From: Podospora anserina | Taxonomy: Eukaryota | DNA length: 64,000 nucleotides | Assembly: GCA_017654855.1 (NCBI GenBank) | Contig: CM030334.1 | Span: forward strand, 2,046,001-2,110,000 | Direction: 5' to 3' | Shown: positions 26,622-39,963 of the stretch, in pieces | Position numbering within the stretch: position 1 is the stretch's first letter | Layout: each line of letters opens with the position of its first letter | Program-made: the position numbers and the translations under genes | Notes under the pieces: model-generated | Seen by the model: the letters and a program-made list of their open reading frames with translations, nothing else | Database searches by the model: none | What the model was told of the DNA's origin: nothing

Positions 26622-29600
26622 CTAGAGATAAAGAGAGTTAAAAGAAACGATATCCCTCCTAATCTTGCCCAACGCCGCCTCGAACTTTTCCTTGAGCTCA
26701 TCACTCCCCATCACCTTGGCCGCCTCAGCCATCTGCCTAAGCAGCTCCTCCAACCGTCTAAACAGCCGGATCAGGGAGCCTTCATAAGCATTAGTCATTT
26801 TGCTACATCACACACCACTGTTAGTAAAACATCTTTCGCCCAAAAGTGCGCATAGAGAAACATACCTGATCTCAGCAAACGGCCTCCCATTCGCCCAAGC
26901 CATCACCGTCTCCATCAACTGCCACTTCAAGCTATTGACATACTCCTCCTCATTCACATCCAACTTGCTCTCGGCGCTGACCTTGGCAATAATCTTCGCC
27001 TGAGCCTGCACCTCCCTAAACGGCTTCGCCAACTCCTCCTTCAGCGCGTCCGTCTCAACCTTTTCGTCAAAGATGAACACGCTGAGGATGGCGGCCGTAA
27101 CCTCTGGGGTGAGCTCGTTGAAGAACCGATTGAAAAGCAACTCCGCCAGCAGCAACTCATGCCCCTCCGTAGACGAAATCTCGCACGCCACCCTCGCCTT
27201 CATCTGCACAACCTCCTTCTCATCGATAAATCCCAACCTCCGCAGCACCCTCTTCCGTGACTTGAGCTCGTCAAGCTGAGCAATCGTGTGAGCCTTACCA
27301 ATCGCCTTCCTCTTCTCCTTGATCTGCTCCGTCAACTTGGTCTTGGCCTCAAACTCCTCGTACAACCGGGGCAATAACGGCGAGTTGTGAAGGGGATTGG
27401 CAAGCAGTCTCGACTCCAAGACCTCGATCTTTCTGAGAAGCTTCCTAAAGCTGTCATCCCTGATGTTCATGTTCTCGATCGGGTCCATGATGGGGATCCC
27501 ATCCGCGAAACGGCGCTGAATTTCCAGCAGAGACTTGCCGACGTTTTCCTTCTCCTCTCGTGACCTAACATCCTTGGGGAGGAAGACACGGAGCTGGCTC
27601 AGAGACTTGACGCAGGACAGGAGGCAAGGCACAACTTCCCACTCCCCCTCTTCGTCTGCTTGTTCTGGAATCTGACCTTCCGGCATGATAAACTTGCCGC
27701 CCTTCTTGCTAGTTTCCCTGACTGCAGGATTGAAGGATTTGCTCTCCTTGGAGAGCTTGAGAAGAACATCACAGAAGTACTGCTCCTGTGGCGGGTAGTC
27801 AGATTCGCCATGCTTGGGGGCCTTGCGGGCCACAATGTCGAACAAGACTCCCCAGCCGAAATTAACGCCCTCTGGAGTCTCAATCTGGATGACGCGGCCG
27901 GGCTGCATGAACTCCATGCAGTTGGCAGGGTGGTGAATGACGGAAGTCATGTCCTTGGTCAGCTCCTTAAGCTGCTCGCGGAGATGATAGTAGTCCTTCA
28001 CCGTGCTCTCATCGGGGAGCAACATGGCATCCTTCTCCTCTTGCAGAGCAGTGAGTTCCTTTTCCAACTGGGGCACGCTAGCGGCGTTCTGGAACTGGAA
28101 GAAACACCTCTCGAGCATAAATTCAGGGGAGATGGCCTCGATACGCAACAGGTTGAGGATCATGTTGTAGCCAAGATGGAACGCCGAGTTGAGGCGGTCC
28201 TGGTGGCCGACAACGACGGACTTGGCAGTATCAGGATCTAGCTTGTCGTCAACCATCATAATGACGATACCGCGGTCATCGAGACCACGACGACCGGCTC
28301 TGCCAGCCATCTGAATGTACTCGGAGGAGGTGAGCGGTCTCCTGGCTACACCGTCCCACTTCGTGACTTGTGTGAAAACGACGGTCCTGGCAGGCATGTT
28401 CAGGCCGATAGAGAATGTTTCTGTGGCGAACAACACCTTGATCAAACCCTCCTGGAACAAAATCTCGATGGTCTCCTTGAGGATAGGCAGGAGACCGGAG
28501 TGATGGACACCTATGCCCTTGCGGAGAAGGGGAAGAATGTTGGTAATTTGAGCGAGGTTTTTGTCTTCGTCCGACAGCTGCTGAAGGGCGTTTTCAAAGA
28601 CCTTGTCGACCATGAGCTCCTCGTCGGGCGCGTTGAACTTCATGTGGGAACTCTTGAGAGCCATCTGCTCGCAATCCCGCTTGCTGAAATTGAAAACAAT
28701 AACTGGCTGAAACTTCTTTTTGACAATCATTCTGATGATTTTGGCGATGTCGGCTGTTTCGTTCGGGGCATCGCCACCCTTGTTGGTTTTCTTGTCCTTG
28801 CCCTTTCCTTTCCTCTTGGCGCTCCAGTCGGCAGGATCGGAGCCCTTGTTGGCCTCGATCAAGTTCATGGCATGCTGGAAGTTGTTCTCCTTGAAGTTGC
28901 CCTTTTCGTCAACGATCAGGAAGATACCCTTGCCACCGGCGGGGAAGAAGTAGTTTTGTAATGGTGTCGGTCTGAAATCGGTATAGACAACGTGGCAGGC
29001 TTGACGATGGATCTTGGCGATCCATTCGGCGAACTGGAAGGCGTTGGGAATAGTGGCGGACAGGAAGACGTATCGGACCTTGTCGGGAAGGAGGATGATG
29101 GTCTCTTCCCAGACCACACCACGAGTCTTGTCGCGCATGTAATGGATTTCATCGAAGACGACCCAGGCAACTTCGCGCATGATTTCGGAACCTCGGTACA
29201 GCATGGATCGCAAAATTTCGGTTGTCATGACCAAGCAACTGGCGGTTGGGTTGATGGTGACATCTCCGGTCATGAGACCAACATCACCAAACTCGGCCTG
29301 GAAGTCGCGGTACTTTTGGTTGCTGAGGGCCTTGATGGGACTCGTGTAAATGACTCTCTGATTGCGCTTGAGACACTGCGCAATGGCATATTCGGCGACG
29401 ACCGTCTTGCCGGCAGATGTGTGAGCCGAAACGAGCACACTCTCGCCGCGCTCGATCGAGGCGACGGACAGGGCCTGGAAGGGATCGAGCTTGAAGGGGT
29501 ACACTCGGGCGGGCTCTTCGGGAGCCTTGTGCTCGGAAAGAGGGATGTACTCGTAGTCGAGGTCAGGGGGGAGCGCGACCTGATGCTGGATATTATGCGA

Positions 29601-29933
29601 CAGGACGATAGACTCTCCCTCTTCGCCAGGAGCGAAGCCTGCAGCGGCATTGACTTCTCTTGACTGGGCCGTCTGGAAGGAATCGGCCATGACAGGCGCG
29701 GCAGGTTCTGGCTCACCCTCGAGCTTCTGGCGCTTCATATCGCCGTGCGACATCTCTTGCGGGTGGTGTTCTTCGGCGGGCGATGCATCCTCGGTTTTGA
29801 TGGACTGATCAGCCTGGGAAGCGGCATGGTCGGTGCCATCGGTCATTTCAACATCTTGACTCTGGTCGGCTGGGGCCTTGCGCTTCTTGGGAGCGCGAGG
29901 CTGCTGCTCGAAGACGTCGAATAGGTCGTCCAT
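26622..29933 (-). CDS. MTR4: DExH-box RNA helicase Mtr4/Dob1 (FRQ-interacting helicase FRH in Sordariales)
   Basis: Motifs AHTSAGKT, DEIH, SAT and QMAGRAGRRG, an arch/KOW insert, and C-terminal YEGSLIRLFRRLEELLRQM...RDIVSFNSLYL. Intron 26865..26803. Confidence 0.96.
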
Positions 29934-30879
29934 GGCGGCGACGCTGTGCAGTTTGTCTGCAGATGAGAGCTGGGTCAGGTTGGCTGGCCTAGAAAAAAAG
30001 TTGAGGTGGGTTGATTGGCAGAATACAGGGATGGCTCGTGCACGAAGCAAGTATCAAGGCGGTGAGAGAGATGTTTCTTCTCATCAACGGAGGAAAGCAT
30101 CCAATCCTACTCCACGCATAAAAAGATAGTCCAACCTCAAGTTTTAAAAGATAGCCAAGAGGCCGAGAGATGACTGATTCCAGTGCCAGTTTGTAGGAAG
30201 AGATGCAAAGAATATTCTTGAAACACAGTTCAACTTCCTCTTGGTAAGCCAAAGCCATCGACATGTGAACGGAAGCTATGTGCAAGTTTGGGCAGAGATG
30301 GTGAATGTACTGGAACATATCAGAAGACTGCAAGTTCACATAGGGCCATCGAGTCGGCCATTCACTACAAACTCGAAGGATTGTCTTTTGCAGACATCTC
30401 CTTCGCATGTAGTTACACAGCATCCCGATTTCTGGTAGTCAGTTCTGGAAGCCAAATCGCAGTCCATGCTGCCATCACATATCATGGCGTAAGATACTAC
30501 CTTTATATCACGCCTCTTGAAACATTCAATATATACCAGGACCAAAAGAGGCTATCCTGTATTGCAATGGAATGGCAACCATATCAAAATGCAAGTCCGG
30601 TCCGGCCCGTCTGACAAGAACAAGCATTCCCCAAGTGGGCCCCCCAGTGGAGCACCAACCCGACAGCACCGTCATCCCTGTCGAATTGGACCTCCGAACG
30701 TGGTGATCTCTGGAACCACTCTGAGGCCCCCGACACGCGTGGTGGCTCCGCAACAAAAAAAAAAGTGTTGAGCCCGCTTTCTGTCGCCATTTTTTTCTCT
30801 GTCTTCTCTTCCTTCTTTTCGTCTGTTCTTTCTCATTGGAATTGGAACCCATATTATAACAATCGGCACACCACCAACC

Positions 30880-31906
30880 ATGGCGGCCGAACTCTCCCTC
30901 AAGCTCACCAACCGGGTGCCCAAAAAACCCATCAAGAAGCTCGCCCCCTCGGTCGAGCTCCCCCGCGACGCCACCGTCGAGGACGCCAAAAAGATTGTCG
31001 CCCGCGCCTCTGGCTTCTCCGACTTCAACCGCATCGGTCTCTTCAACCCCGCCGACGGCAAGATCCTCAAGGACCGCAAGGCTCTGATCCGCAATGAGGA
31101 GGGTGTCATCAAGGCCGGCGAGTTGGTCGTCAAGGACCTTGGTATGTTTCCCCCCCCCCCTTTTCTTTTCACCCCCCTATCTACCCCTCTTTGCTAACAA
31201 ATATTCCAAAGGTCCTCAAGTAGCCTGGCGCACCGTCTTCGTAATCGAATACTTCGGCCCCATCCTCTTCCACGCCTTCATCCCCCTCATCCGTCCCTAC
31301 CTCTACTCCATCTTCCCCGGCCAGTTCAAGTACATCTCCGAGTCCGCCACGCCCATCACAAAGGTTCAATGGCTCCTCTTCGCCCTCTTCCACATCCACT
31401 TCCTCAAGCGCGAGTACGAGACCCTCTTCGTCCACAAGTTCTCGGCCAACACCATGCCCGCCCGCAACATCGTCCGCAACTCGGCCTTTTACTGGATCAT
31501 GGCCGGCCTCCTCTGCGCTCTCGACATCTACGCCCCTGGCAACCTCTCTGCCCGTGACGAGCTCGTCCCCCTGGACTATTTCGGCTTGGTCTTGTTCACG
31601 TTTGGTGAGGTTTGCAACTGGATTGTGCACCAGCACTTGGCTAGCTTGCGCAAGCCAGGTGGAACGGAAAAGGGCATCCCGAATTGTATCGGGAGCAACT
31701 TGGTCACGAGCCCGAATTACATGTTTGAGGTTACGGCTTGGGTGGGTGTCATCTTGATCAGCAGGAGCTGGGCGGTGGTGGTGTTTATCTGCACGGGGAT
31801 TATTTACATGAGGGATTGGTCGAGGGGGAAGGAGAAGGCGTTGAGGAAGGAGTTTGGGGACCGGTATAAGAACAAGAGGTACACCATGTTGCCTGGCCTT
31901 ATTTAG
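30880..31906 (+). CDS. TSC13: Very-long-chain enoyl-CoA reductase (Tsc13/TECR)
   Basis: N-terminal ubiquitin-like domain, then KDLGPQVAWRTVFVIEYFGP, HFLKREYETLFVHKFSANTMP and SPNYMFE. Intron 31142..31211. Confidence 0.92.
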
Positions 31907-32061
31907 GTGACTGGTAGAAGGATGTTTGTGGGAAAATTGCTGTTGTAGGATGAGGTGTAAAAGAGGAGGAGGAAAAAATGTGAAGTGAAGTGTGAGAATA
32001 GATAGATAGCCCACTGCTTTGGCTGATTTTTATATAACTCAAATCCTTACCCCATCACCCC

Positions 32062-32979
32062 TTATAACCCTCCCTCTCCCGGCTCCGGCTCCGGCAACGG
32101 CACCTCCTCCGGCCTTGCCCCCTCTCCCTCACCCCTGTCCCAATCCCCCTCCCCTTCGTCCTCACCCCCACTCCAACAACTTTCACTCCCTGTCCAGTTC
32201 CCCTCCTCCTCGTCACTCGTGTTCCCTTCCTTGGCTCTCCTCAGCGTGTCCTCCAGTATCAAAAACTCCCGCTCGAGCATCTCGGCCCAGTTCTGCACAT
32301 TCCCCACCTCTTTTACCTTTTTCCCGTACGTGTCTGCCATCTTTGCGAGCTTGTCGTTTTCCTTTTTTAGGCTTTGGGTCGCTTTTATCAGATCGGACTG
32401 CTGCTTTTCGATGGCGGCGTTGTTTTGGTGTAGGAGCTGGGCGCGGGGGGTAATCTCCCTGTCGAAGTAGTTTGAGAGGGTGGCGAGGAGGGCGGTGCGG
32501 GCTTGGTCTATTGCTTTTGGGTCTGGGGGTGCTGTGACCGGGAAGGGGTGAGAGGAGGAGCGGGAAGGGGGTTGGAGGGAAGAGTTGTTCACTGAAGGGG
32601 GAGGGTGATGATGGGACGGGGGTGGTGGGAGGTGAGGCTGGGATTGTGGATGTGACGACGAGGGAAAGGCCGGCGGCTGTGGTTGTGAGAGGGGAGGGGA
32701 GGTGTGGTTGCTGCCGATGACGGTTGTTGACGTTGAGGGTCCTGATGTTGAAAGTCCTGATAACAGCGATAAAGGTGACTTCCCCTTTGACAAAAACGAC
32801 GACGACGGCGTGGAAGTGACAGACTCGGTTCGTGATCTTGACGCCGGTGATGATGTGCCATCTTGCGGTTGAAAAGTGATCGCCGTGACGGCTACACTGC
32901 TCACTTCCGGCGCTGACAACGTCGATGAGCTACCCCGGAACAGCATCCTCGTTGGCGGTGACGGTTTCGATGTCGACAT
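32062..32979 (-). CDS. BLOC-1 subunit 1 / GCN5L1-family protein
   Basis: C-terminal coiled coil ending KKVKEVGNVQNWAEMLEREFLILEDTL, the GCN5L1 signature, after an S/P-rich N-terminus. Start codon uncertain. Confidence 0.82.
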   Translation of the reverse strand: MSTSKPSPPTRMLFRGSSSTLSAPEVSSVAVTAITFQPQDGTSSPASRSRTESVTSTPSSSFLSKGKSPLSLLSGLSTSGPSTSTTVIGSNHTSPPLSQPQPPAFPSSSHPQSQPHLPPPPSHHHPPPSVNNSSLQPPSRSSSHPFPVTAPPDPKAIDQARTALLATLSNYFDREITPRAQLLHQNNAAIEKQQSDLIKATQSLKKENDKLAKMADTYGKKVKEVGNVQNWAEMLEREFLILEDTLRRAKEGNTSDEEEGNWTGSESCWSGGEDEGEGDWDRGEGEGARPEEVPLPEPEPGEGGL

Positions 32980-33658
32980 GGTCACAGCCTAATGATACCC
33001 AGTATACAAAAAGATGAGATGACAAGGCGTGTCTATAGAAACGCGGCTCCCTGCATGCGCCGTACACGATCAGTAGATGAAATCGGCCGGTCCCTGACAC
33101 GCAAAGAGTCTAAACCTCGGGGCTGACAGATAACTTTATATACCCGCCACCATGCGCATGTGAGATGTGAGATGCAGGATGGACATGTGGTGATGTGCAG
33201 GACGAATGCGGGGAAAGTAGATACACAGGAGATTGGGGAGAGAGGGGTCAATTTCATGTTACACCGGCTCACTCATGCTACATGCACACAAGATACAATA
33301 CTCCTACAGCAGCATCAATCTCCAATTACTTGTATTCTTCCAAAACTCGGGAATATCTACTCCTAGGTAGGTAACTAATAAGCCCAAATCCAAGACCCTC
33401 TCGCCTGCCTAATATAGCAATAGTATAACAACTCATGCTTTGCTTGTTTTTTCTCCCGCAATCCAGAAACCATAACACATTACGTGATATATCTTGTGCT
33501 TTCTCAAACGAACGAACGCCGACCTGTGTAGATGATGAGCCCGTATTTTCGACCCCCCATGTAGAATGCAGAACCAGCCCGACAACCCCCCCCCAAAACA
33601 CCAAACAGGAAATCAATCCAAAAATCCTACTCATACAACATGTCCCTCGTCATCCTTC

Positions 33659-36600
33659 TCAAAATCCATTCATTTTCCCATTGCTACCTCCTGCTGGGAG
33701 TCGCAACGGTAGCACACTCAAGCTCCCTTGCGAGTGCCCATGTCCTGGCCAAGGCATTGGGCTTAGGGCCGAGCTCGGAGTCGGAATATCCTGGCTCGAG
33801 TTCACAGAGTGCATGCTGCCCGCCGTGGTGAGACTCGCTGTTGTCGAGGTGGAGTTCATAGTCCCGTGCCTCGACATGCCTAGCCCTCCCATGGAGAGCA
33901 AGGTATCCGCTCGTTCAAATACATTGCCCTGGAACGCCGCCGCAAACGAAGCGCTCTGTGGGGTGGAAGGCACAGTCGCCTGGACTGCCGGACCCAAGGC
34001 GGCACTCTGCGGCGTCATCGGCAATGGTTGCAAGTTGTAAGGACTCAAATTCTCCGACCCATGATTAGGCCCATGCCCATGGTTTCCGTGATGGCCATGG
34101 TGCCCATGATGATGCCCTTGTCGTGTAAAGTATGCCCAAGGACTCGAGTGTATTAGGTCACATGTTTCCTTCATGCTCTGATGAACCGGTCGCAACCTCG
34201 ACCTGGTGTCTATTGGCAGTTGAACCTCGCTTTGAAGTTGCTTGATCTTTGTGACCAGCATGTACCAGGAATCAATGAAACTGCTGCACAGGCCCCAAAA
34301 CGGCGCCTGTGTCCTGATCCCTGGCTCCTTAAGCTTGATCGTCGACAGCTTCTGCTTCAAACTCTCTGTTTGCTGAATCGAGACTGTACACCGGTGGATC
34401 AACATCTTCCAGGGCTGCACAACGTGCTCGGGGGCTCGCTGCGCCATTGCCAGTCTCATCGACGACGAAAGCTGCTGGCTTAGTTGGGGTAGTATCCGCA
34501 TGACTAGATCCGCCGTTTTGGTTAATGAGAGGAAAATCCGTTCAAAGACGCGGTCCTCCTCGGTAAAGTCAGCCGACAGGTTTCGGACACCTGACGTGCT
34601 GTTGGAAGCAAACGACTCCCCTGAGCGGGGTGTGGCAGCGCTCATAATGGCTGTCCTGCTGGAGCCATTGACAAATGGCCCCAGAGGAACATCGGTGGTC
34701 ACCCGGAGGCTGCTCGGGTGGTGGACAAATGTCCCGTTCCGCGACCTGTTGTTGATCATAGCCGGGCGGTCGGCCGTGGGAGGAACAAAAGAATTCTCCC
34801 GCGAGTGAGGGCGGAGGGTTTCGCCCGGGTCCGTTCGCATATGCGGCGGCAGAGACCGCGGAGCGACCTGTGAGCATGTCACACGCAGCTCCATTATGCT
34901 ATTATAGAGCTGCGTCAACAGAGTCCGAATGTACCGCGGGTCGCCATTGTCCAGAAAAAGGTCGACGTTGCTCATCAACAGCGAGCAGACGTGCGTGTAG
35001 GCATTGATCAGCGTGATGCATGCCCTTTGCACGTTTTCGTTTTCCCTCGAACCCCCAGCATCCATCGCCTGGTCATGCTTCTGAATCTCCAGCTCCAGCT
35101 GTTCCACATGGGCGTTGGTGTTGTAAAAGACAATCTCCAAAGAGTTGGACCGGCGCGAGGTTCCGTCGTTGGTCAGACCGATCAACATTTGGATCATCGG
35201 ATGGATCTGGAAGATGGAATACAAAATGCCCTTGGAAGCTTCCAGCACCGGATCAAACACCTTGGACTCCCGTCTCCTCTCTGGCAGGATAGACAGCCTG
35301 CGCACGTAAACGGGCCGTTGCAGTGCCGGTTCGGCCGGGCTTGTGACGTTTGGACTCTGCACCTGCATGACGGTCCCGTTCCCTTGCATGGCGGATCCAT
35401 GACTGAGCCCGCGGTAATGGCTGAACCGGTTTGTACCCTCGATTTCCTCCAAAGTGCTGAGCTCTGACCGCTTTGACACAATGCCCATCCGCCGTGACCT
35501 GCTTTCGGACCGCTCCCTGCTTGAGGTTTGCACAATCGTCTCTGAATTGCTGCGCACCCGTTCGTTTGGGTTACCGATGGTCAGCGGCATGACTCCAGGT
35601 CTCCGCTGTGCTCCATTTTGCTGAGAGAGTCCACGATAGTGTGAGCGCGAGGGAATTGGTGGAGGGCGAGTAAGAGCCGGTGATCGAAGATCGGGCATAT
35701 CGCTGCCGTTGACCCGGACGGGGAATCGACCACTGAATACTCGCTTGATTGTTGGCCGCGGTGTTTCGGTTCCTTCCGCATCGTCTCCCACCGAATCGGA
35801 ATCACCACGCCCATTCATACTTGAAGCCGTGAGCTTGAGAAACTTCTTGATGCGTGTCGTCAGGGCCACCTCGGTCATGTCACTCTCCTTGGCCGCTCCA
35901 GCGTTATCTCCGCCACTATCCCAGACCTCCCGGGGCGGAAACTCCAGGGGGTTGCCCTCAAGTTTGATGACCGACAGTGACGGCATTTCGGCAAGACACA
36001 GCGGCAGCTTCGTGATTTGGTTCTTGTGAATCGAGAAGACCTTGAGGGACGACAGCTTGATGATTTCTGGCGGCAGAGTTTGCAACTGATTTCGGCCCAG
36101 ATCGAGAATCTCCAGGGATTTTAGGTCGCAGAGCTAGAGGGAGAGAGGAAGCGGTCAGCTAGCGCCAAGTCCCACCATTGGAAGATCAGTGCGTACCGCA
36201 AGGGGAAATTCTTTGATCTGGTTCTGTCGGACGTTGAGATACCGCAATGATGTGCATTCTGGCAGACGTGATGGGATGGTTTCCAAGTAGTTGTGTGATA
36301 GGGCAAGTCTAGACAGTCGACACAGGTCAGCAGGCCGTACACTCCCAGGTAGGCAAACAAACGAGCCGGGCCTACCGCTCTAGTTCGTCCTTTATTATGT
36401 CGACGATTTCCTCTGGCAACTTTGCAATCTTCTTCCTGCTCAGATCAATGGTGAGGCCTGGTTTTGGCAGCGTGTTGCTAACTCCGCTGGCGGCTGCCGC
36501 TTTCGCTTCGTTTTCGTGAGCGGCCCGCATGGCCTCCCTCGCGAGGGCGAGCACCTGGCTCGATGAGATGGGCCCCGAGGCCGAGAGGTTGGTATTTGAC

Positions 36601-36716
36601 GGCACATCTTTGATGCTCGGAACTGGTGGTGGTGGAACGGGATTTGCGCGAGCAGCAGCCTCTACAGCGCGGCGGGCGTGGGCTGGGTTGTCGGGCAGAC
36701 CCCGAGGAAAATCCAT
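33659..36716 (-). CDS. SOG2: Leucine-rich-repeat RAM-network protein Sog2
   Basis: N-terminal LRRs (IDLSRKKIAKLPEEI, LDLGRNQLQTLPPEI, IKLEGNPLEFPP) split by two short introns. SOG2-domain motifs DPRYIRTLL and MTPQSAALGPAVQATVP. Confidence 0.9.
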
Positions 36717-38102
36717 TATGGCGTCTCTGCCTTTGTCTGAACCCCCGTCTTGGGCGCAGTCTCTCCAGCGGGTACGGCCGTGTGAACAGAAAGAAACGGG
36801 ACGACTGTCGCGGGTCGGTGTTTATTTATTTGGTGAGCATCGATGGGTCGGATTTTAGCAACGTCGGAACAGTTGGTCGGATGAGCTCATGGCTTGACCC
36901 AATCGCTGTCGGGACGAGGTTGCCAATGCTCGTTAGAGTGCTCGATTGGACTCCAGCGGTAGGCGGTGAAAAGGAAGCACGTTGCGCCCAGGGGGCCTGG
37001 GGTCGCGGACAGTCGACTGATTGTCTTCGGCGGTGCTTCGTCGTCGAAGCAAACACGGCTACACGTCGACAGGCTGTGATTTGTTTCCTCGAGGGGGGGG
37101 GGAATGGGACGGGATCGAAAATGTCTGACGGGCTTCAGGTAGCAAGTTAGCAAGTCTGGCCCAAGATAGGGGGGTTGCTGTAGGGGCACAGTTGGGGTGC
37201 ATGTCACAAAACTGACCTGGCCAGGGGGTCTGGGCTTCGATTGCTTCGTCGCTAGCGTCTCATCTGTGCTACGGGTGTGTCCCTAGCATCCGCCAAGCAC
37301 CACTGCAAGGGACAACAACTCGACCACAAAACACCAAGATTTCCATGTGAAACGAAACGCGTTGAATGAACCCTGCCAATGGAGGCTCTCCTTTCTTTCT
37401 GTCGCCTAGGGACAATTAGGACATTCAGAAATGCTACCTTTTACGTCAAGGCAATACTCCGAGATGGTGATGTGTAACAGTGGATGGGCATTGGCAATAT
37501 TGACATGCTCTTTCTTGGGCGGTGTTTCTTGATCTAATTATGGATCTCGAAATGCTGCTGTGTCACACCCTCTCTTCCAGCTTTTATACAAAACCACGAG
37601 TCAGCTCGACATCACGACAATACCCCTTTCTTGGCGACAGGGAAATCGGCCGACAATGTCAGACATGCAGGTTGAATGCATGGTGGCTGAAGACAAATTG
37701 ATGAGGCTGTAGATACCCTAACCCTACAAACAAAAGTGCTGGGATCACAAGAGAGACACCACGGCAGTGAGGAAAATAATGAAATAGACAAAAGATCGAT
37801 TGATATTATAGACATTCTCGAATACTCTAGATAATCTCAATATGGAGCATTTCCCACAACCACAGCTTCCCTAACCCTTCTATCTGACAAGTCCCCACCT
37901 GCCCTTTTGGGTCTCAGTCAACATGTCTATCAGCTTGCGCTCACTGCCTGGCTTGTTGAGCCAGACACAGCACACGCTCGCTTTTGGAAAATAGCAAACA
38001 CTTCACCGTTTGATATACTCACTCTTTTCTTGAGTCCGTTTGATGGTTTGGTTTTTATAAAAGGAGAAACGGGTGTCTCTGGCACCCAAACCTGCTGTCA
38101 AA

Positions 38103-39659
38103 ATGCCACTCGTCAGAACCGATTCGATGCAGGACATCGACTTCACACTACGGCGCCAGTTTGGCAAGAAATCATTCAGGTAGCATCCCCGCCCCATTAC
38201 ATATGGGTTGACATATATACTGATACAACGAGTAGACCACAGCAACGAGAAATCATCAACGCCACTCTCGAAGGCAAAGACGTCTTCGTCCAGGCAGCCA
38301 CCTCCTTCGGCAAGAGCTTATGCTTCCAACTTCCAGCCGTCATCGACCACGGGAGTGTGTCTTCATCTCATGTCTCAACATCCAATCACTAACAAGCCCC
38401 CAGTAACAATCGTCATCTCCCCCCTCCTCTCCCTCATGATGGACCAAGTCAAAGCCCTCCGCAACTCCAACATCGACGCCCGCACCCTAAACTCCAACAC
38501 CCCCTTCGCCGAACGCGACCACATCATGAAAGACCTCGGCACCGGCCACCCCCTAACTCGTCTCCTCTACGTCACCCCCGAGCTCTGCTCCGGCCCCTAC
38601 TTCCGCGAGCGTCTCGAGCTCGTCCACCGACAAAAAGAACTCGCCCGCATCGCCGTCGACGAAGCCCACTGCATCTCGGAATGGGGCCACGACTTCCGCA
38701 AGGACTTTAAACGCCTCTCCTGGTTCAGGGAGCGCTTCCCAGACGTGCCCATCATGTGCCTTACCGCGACAGCAAACGAGCAAGTCCGCAATGACATCCT
38801 CACCACCCTCGGCATCAACGGACCTAACCTCAAGGCGTTTACCATGTCGGCGTTTCGTCCCAACTTGCATCTCGAGGTGAGGTTCACGAGCGATCAGACA
38901 GACGACAGGTACGACGACTTTGTCTCGTGGCTCAAGGGGGTGTACGAGCGCAGGGGGAAACCGGATCGGAAACCGGAGCTGGACGAGATGGGGGAGCGGG
39001 TGGAGAACGTCTCGGGGATTATTTACACCACTTCGAGGGACGAGTGCGAGTCGCTTGCTGCTTCGCTGAGGTCGCATGACATTGCCGCCAGGCCGTTTCA
39101 TGCCAAGCTTGCGAATCAGGACAAGGAGCGGACGTTGCAAAAGTGGATAAGGAATGAGGTCGGCTATGATATTATTGTGGCTACGACTGCTTTTGGGATG
39201 GGGATAGATAAAGATGATGTCCGGTTTGTGGTTCACTGGAGGCTTCCGAAATCTTTTGAGGGGTATTATCAGGAGGCGGGGAGGGCGGGGAGGGACGGGA
39301 AGGCGAGTTACTGCTTTTTGTATTATTCTAGGGAGGATAGGGATCGGGTTTGTGGGATGATTGTCAAGGACAATACGTCGGGGGATAGGAGGGATAAGGG
39401 GGGGGAGGCGAACAAGCGGGCGAGGATGGAGAGTCATGAGGCTTTGGTGAGGTATTGTGAGGATACGGGGGGGTGTAGGCATGCGGCGATTACCAAGTAT
39501 TTTGGGGAGAAGGAGGTGCCAAAGTGTGATTTTGCCTGTGATTGGCATAAGGATCGGGAGGGCCTGAAGAGGAGGTGGAGGGAGGGGTTGGCAAGTGAAG
39601 AGTGGGTTTGTACGCAGAGGGAGGAGGGGGCTTTTGAGGATTATTATTACAGTGAGTAG
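38103..39659 (+). CDS. Short RecQ-family DNA helicase (helicase core plus Zn-binding; RecQ2/RecQ5-like)
   Basis: Motifs FRPQQREII, ATSFGKSLCFQLP, DEAHCISEWGHDFR, ATTAFGMGIDK, YYQEAGRAGRDG and CRH...CDFACD; no HRDC. Introns 38180..38235 and 38355..38403. Confidence 0.92.
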
Positions 39660-39963
39660 ATGTTGAGGAGGAGGGCGGGTGTGGAGGTTATGGTGTCAGC
39701 CGGTGGGAGAGACGAACATTGAATGTTTGACTGTGCTATTCGCAGCAGATGGGTGTAGCGGCCGTATCAGGCATAAGGACAGCTTTTAGCAGTAGAGCAT
39801 ACATCTAGCTCAGCATAGTTGTAATTACCTCGAGCATTTTCAGCTTCGAGCTTCGCTGTTTCAACCATCACAACCACCTACCAAACCAAGAAACACACAT
39901 GGGTATCATATCACAACACAACCACCACAACACCTCTGCCCTCACATCACACCACTGTCCTTC

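Noticed and set aside
1843-29933. Functional cluster of exosome cofactors (SKI8 and MTR4), or of the two steroid-reductase-family genes
   Set aside because: The genes are tens of kb apart with unrelated genes between them, consistent with chance.
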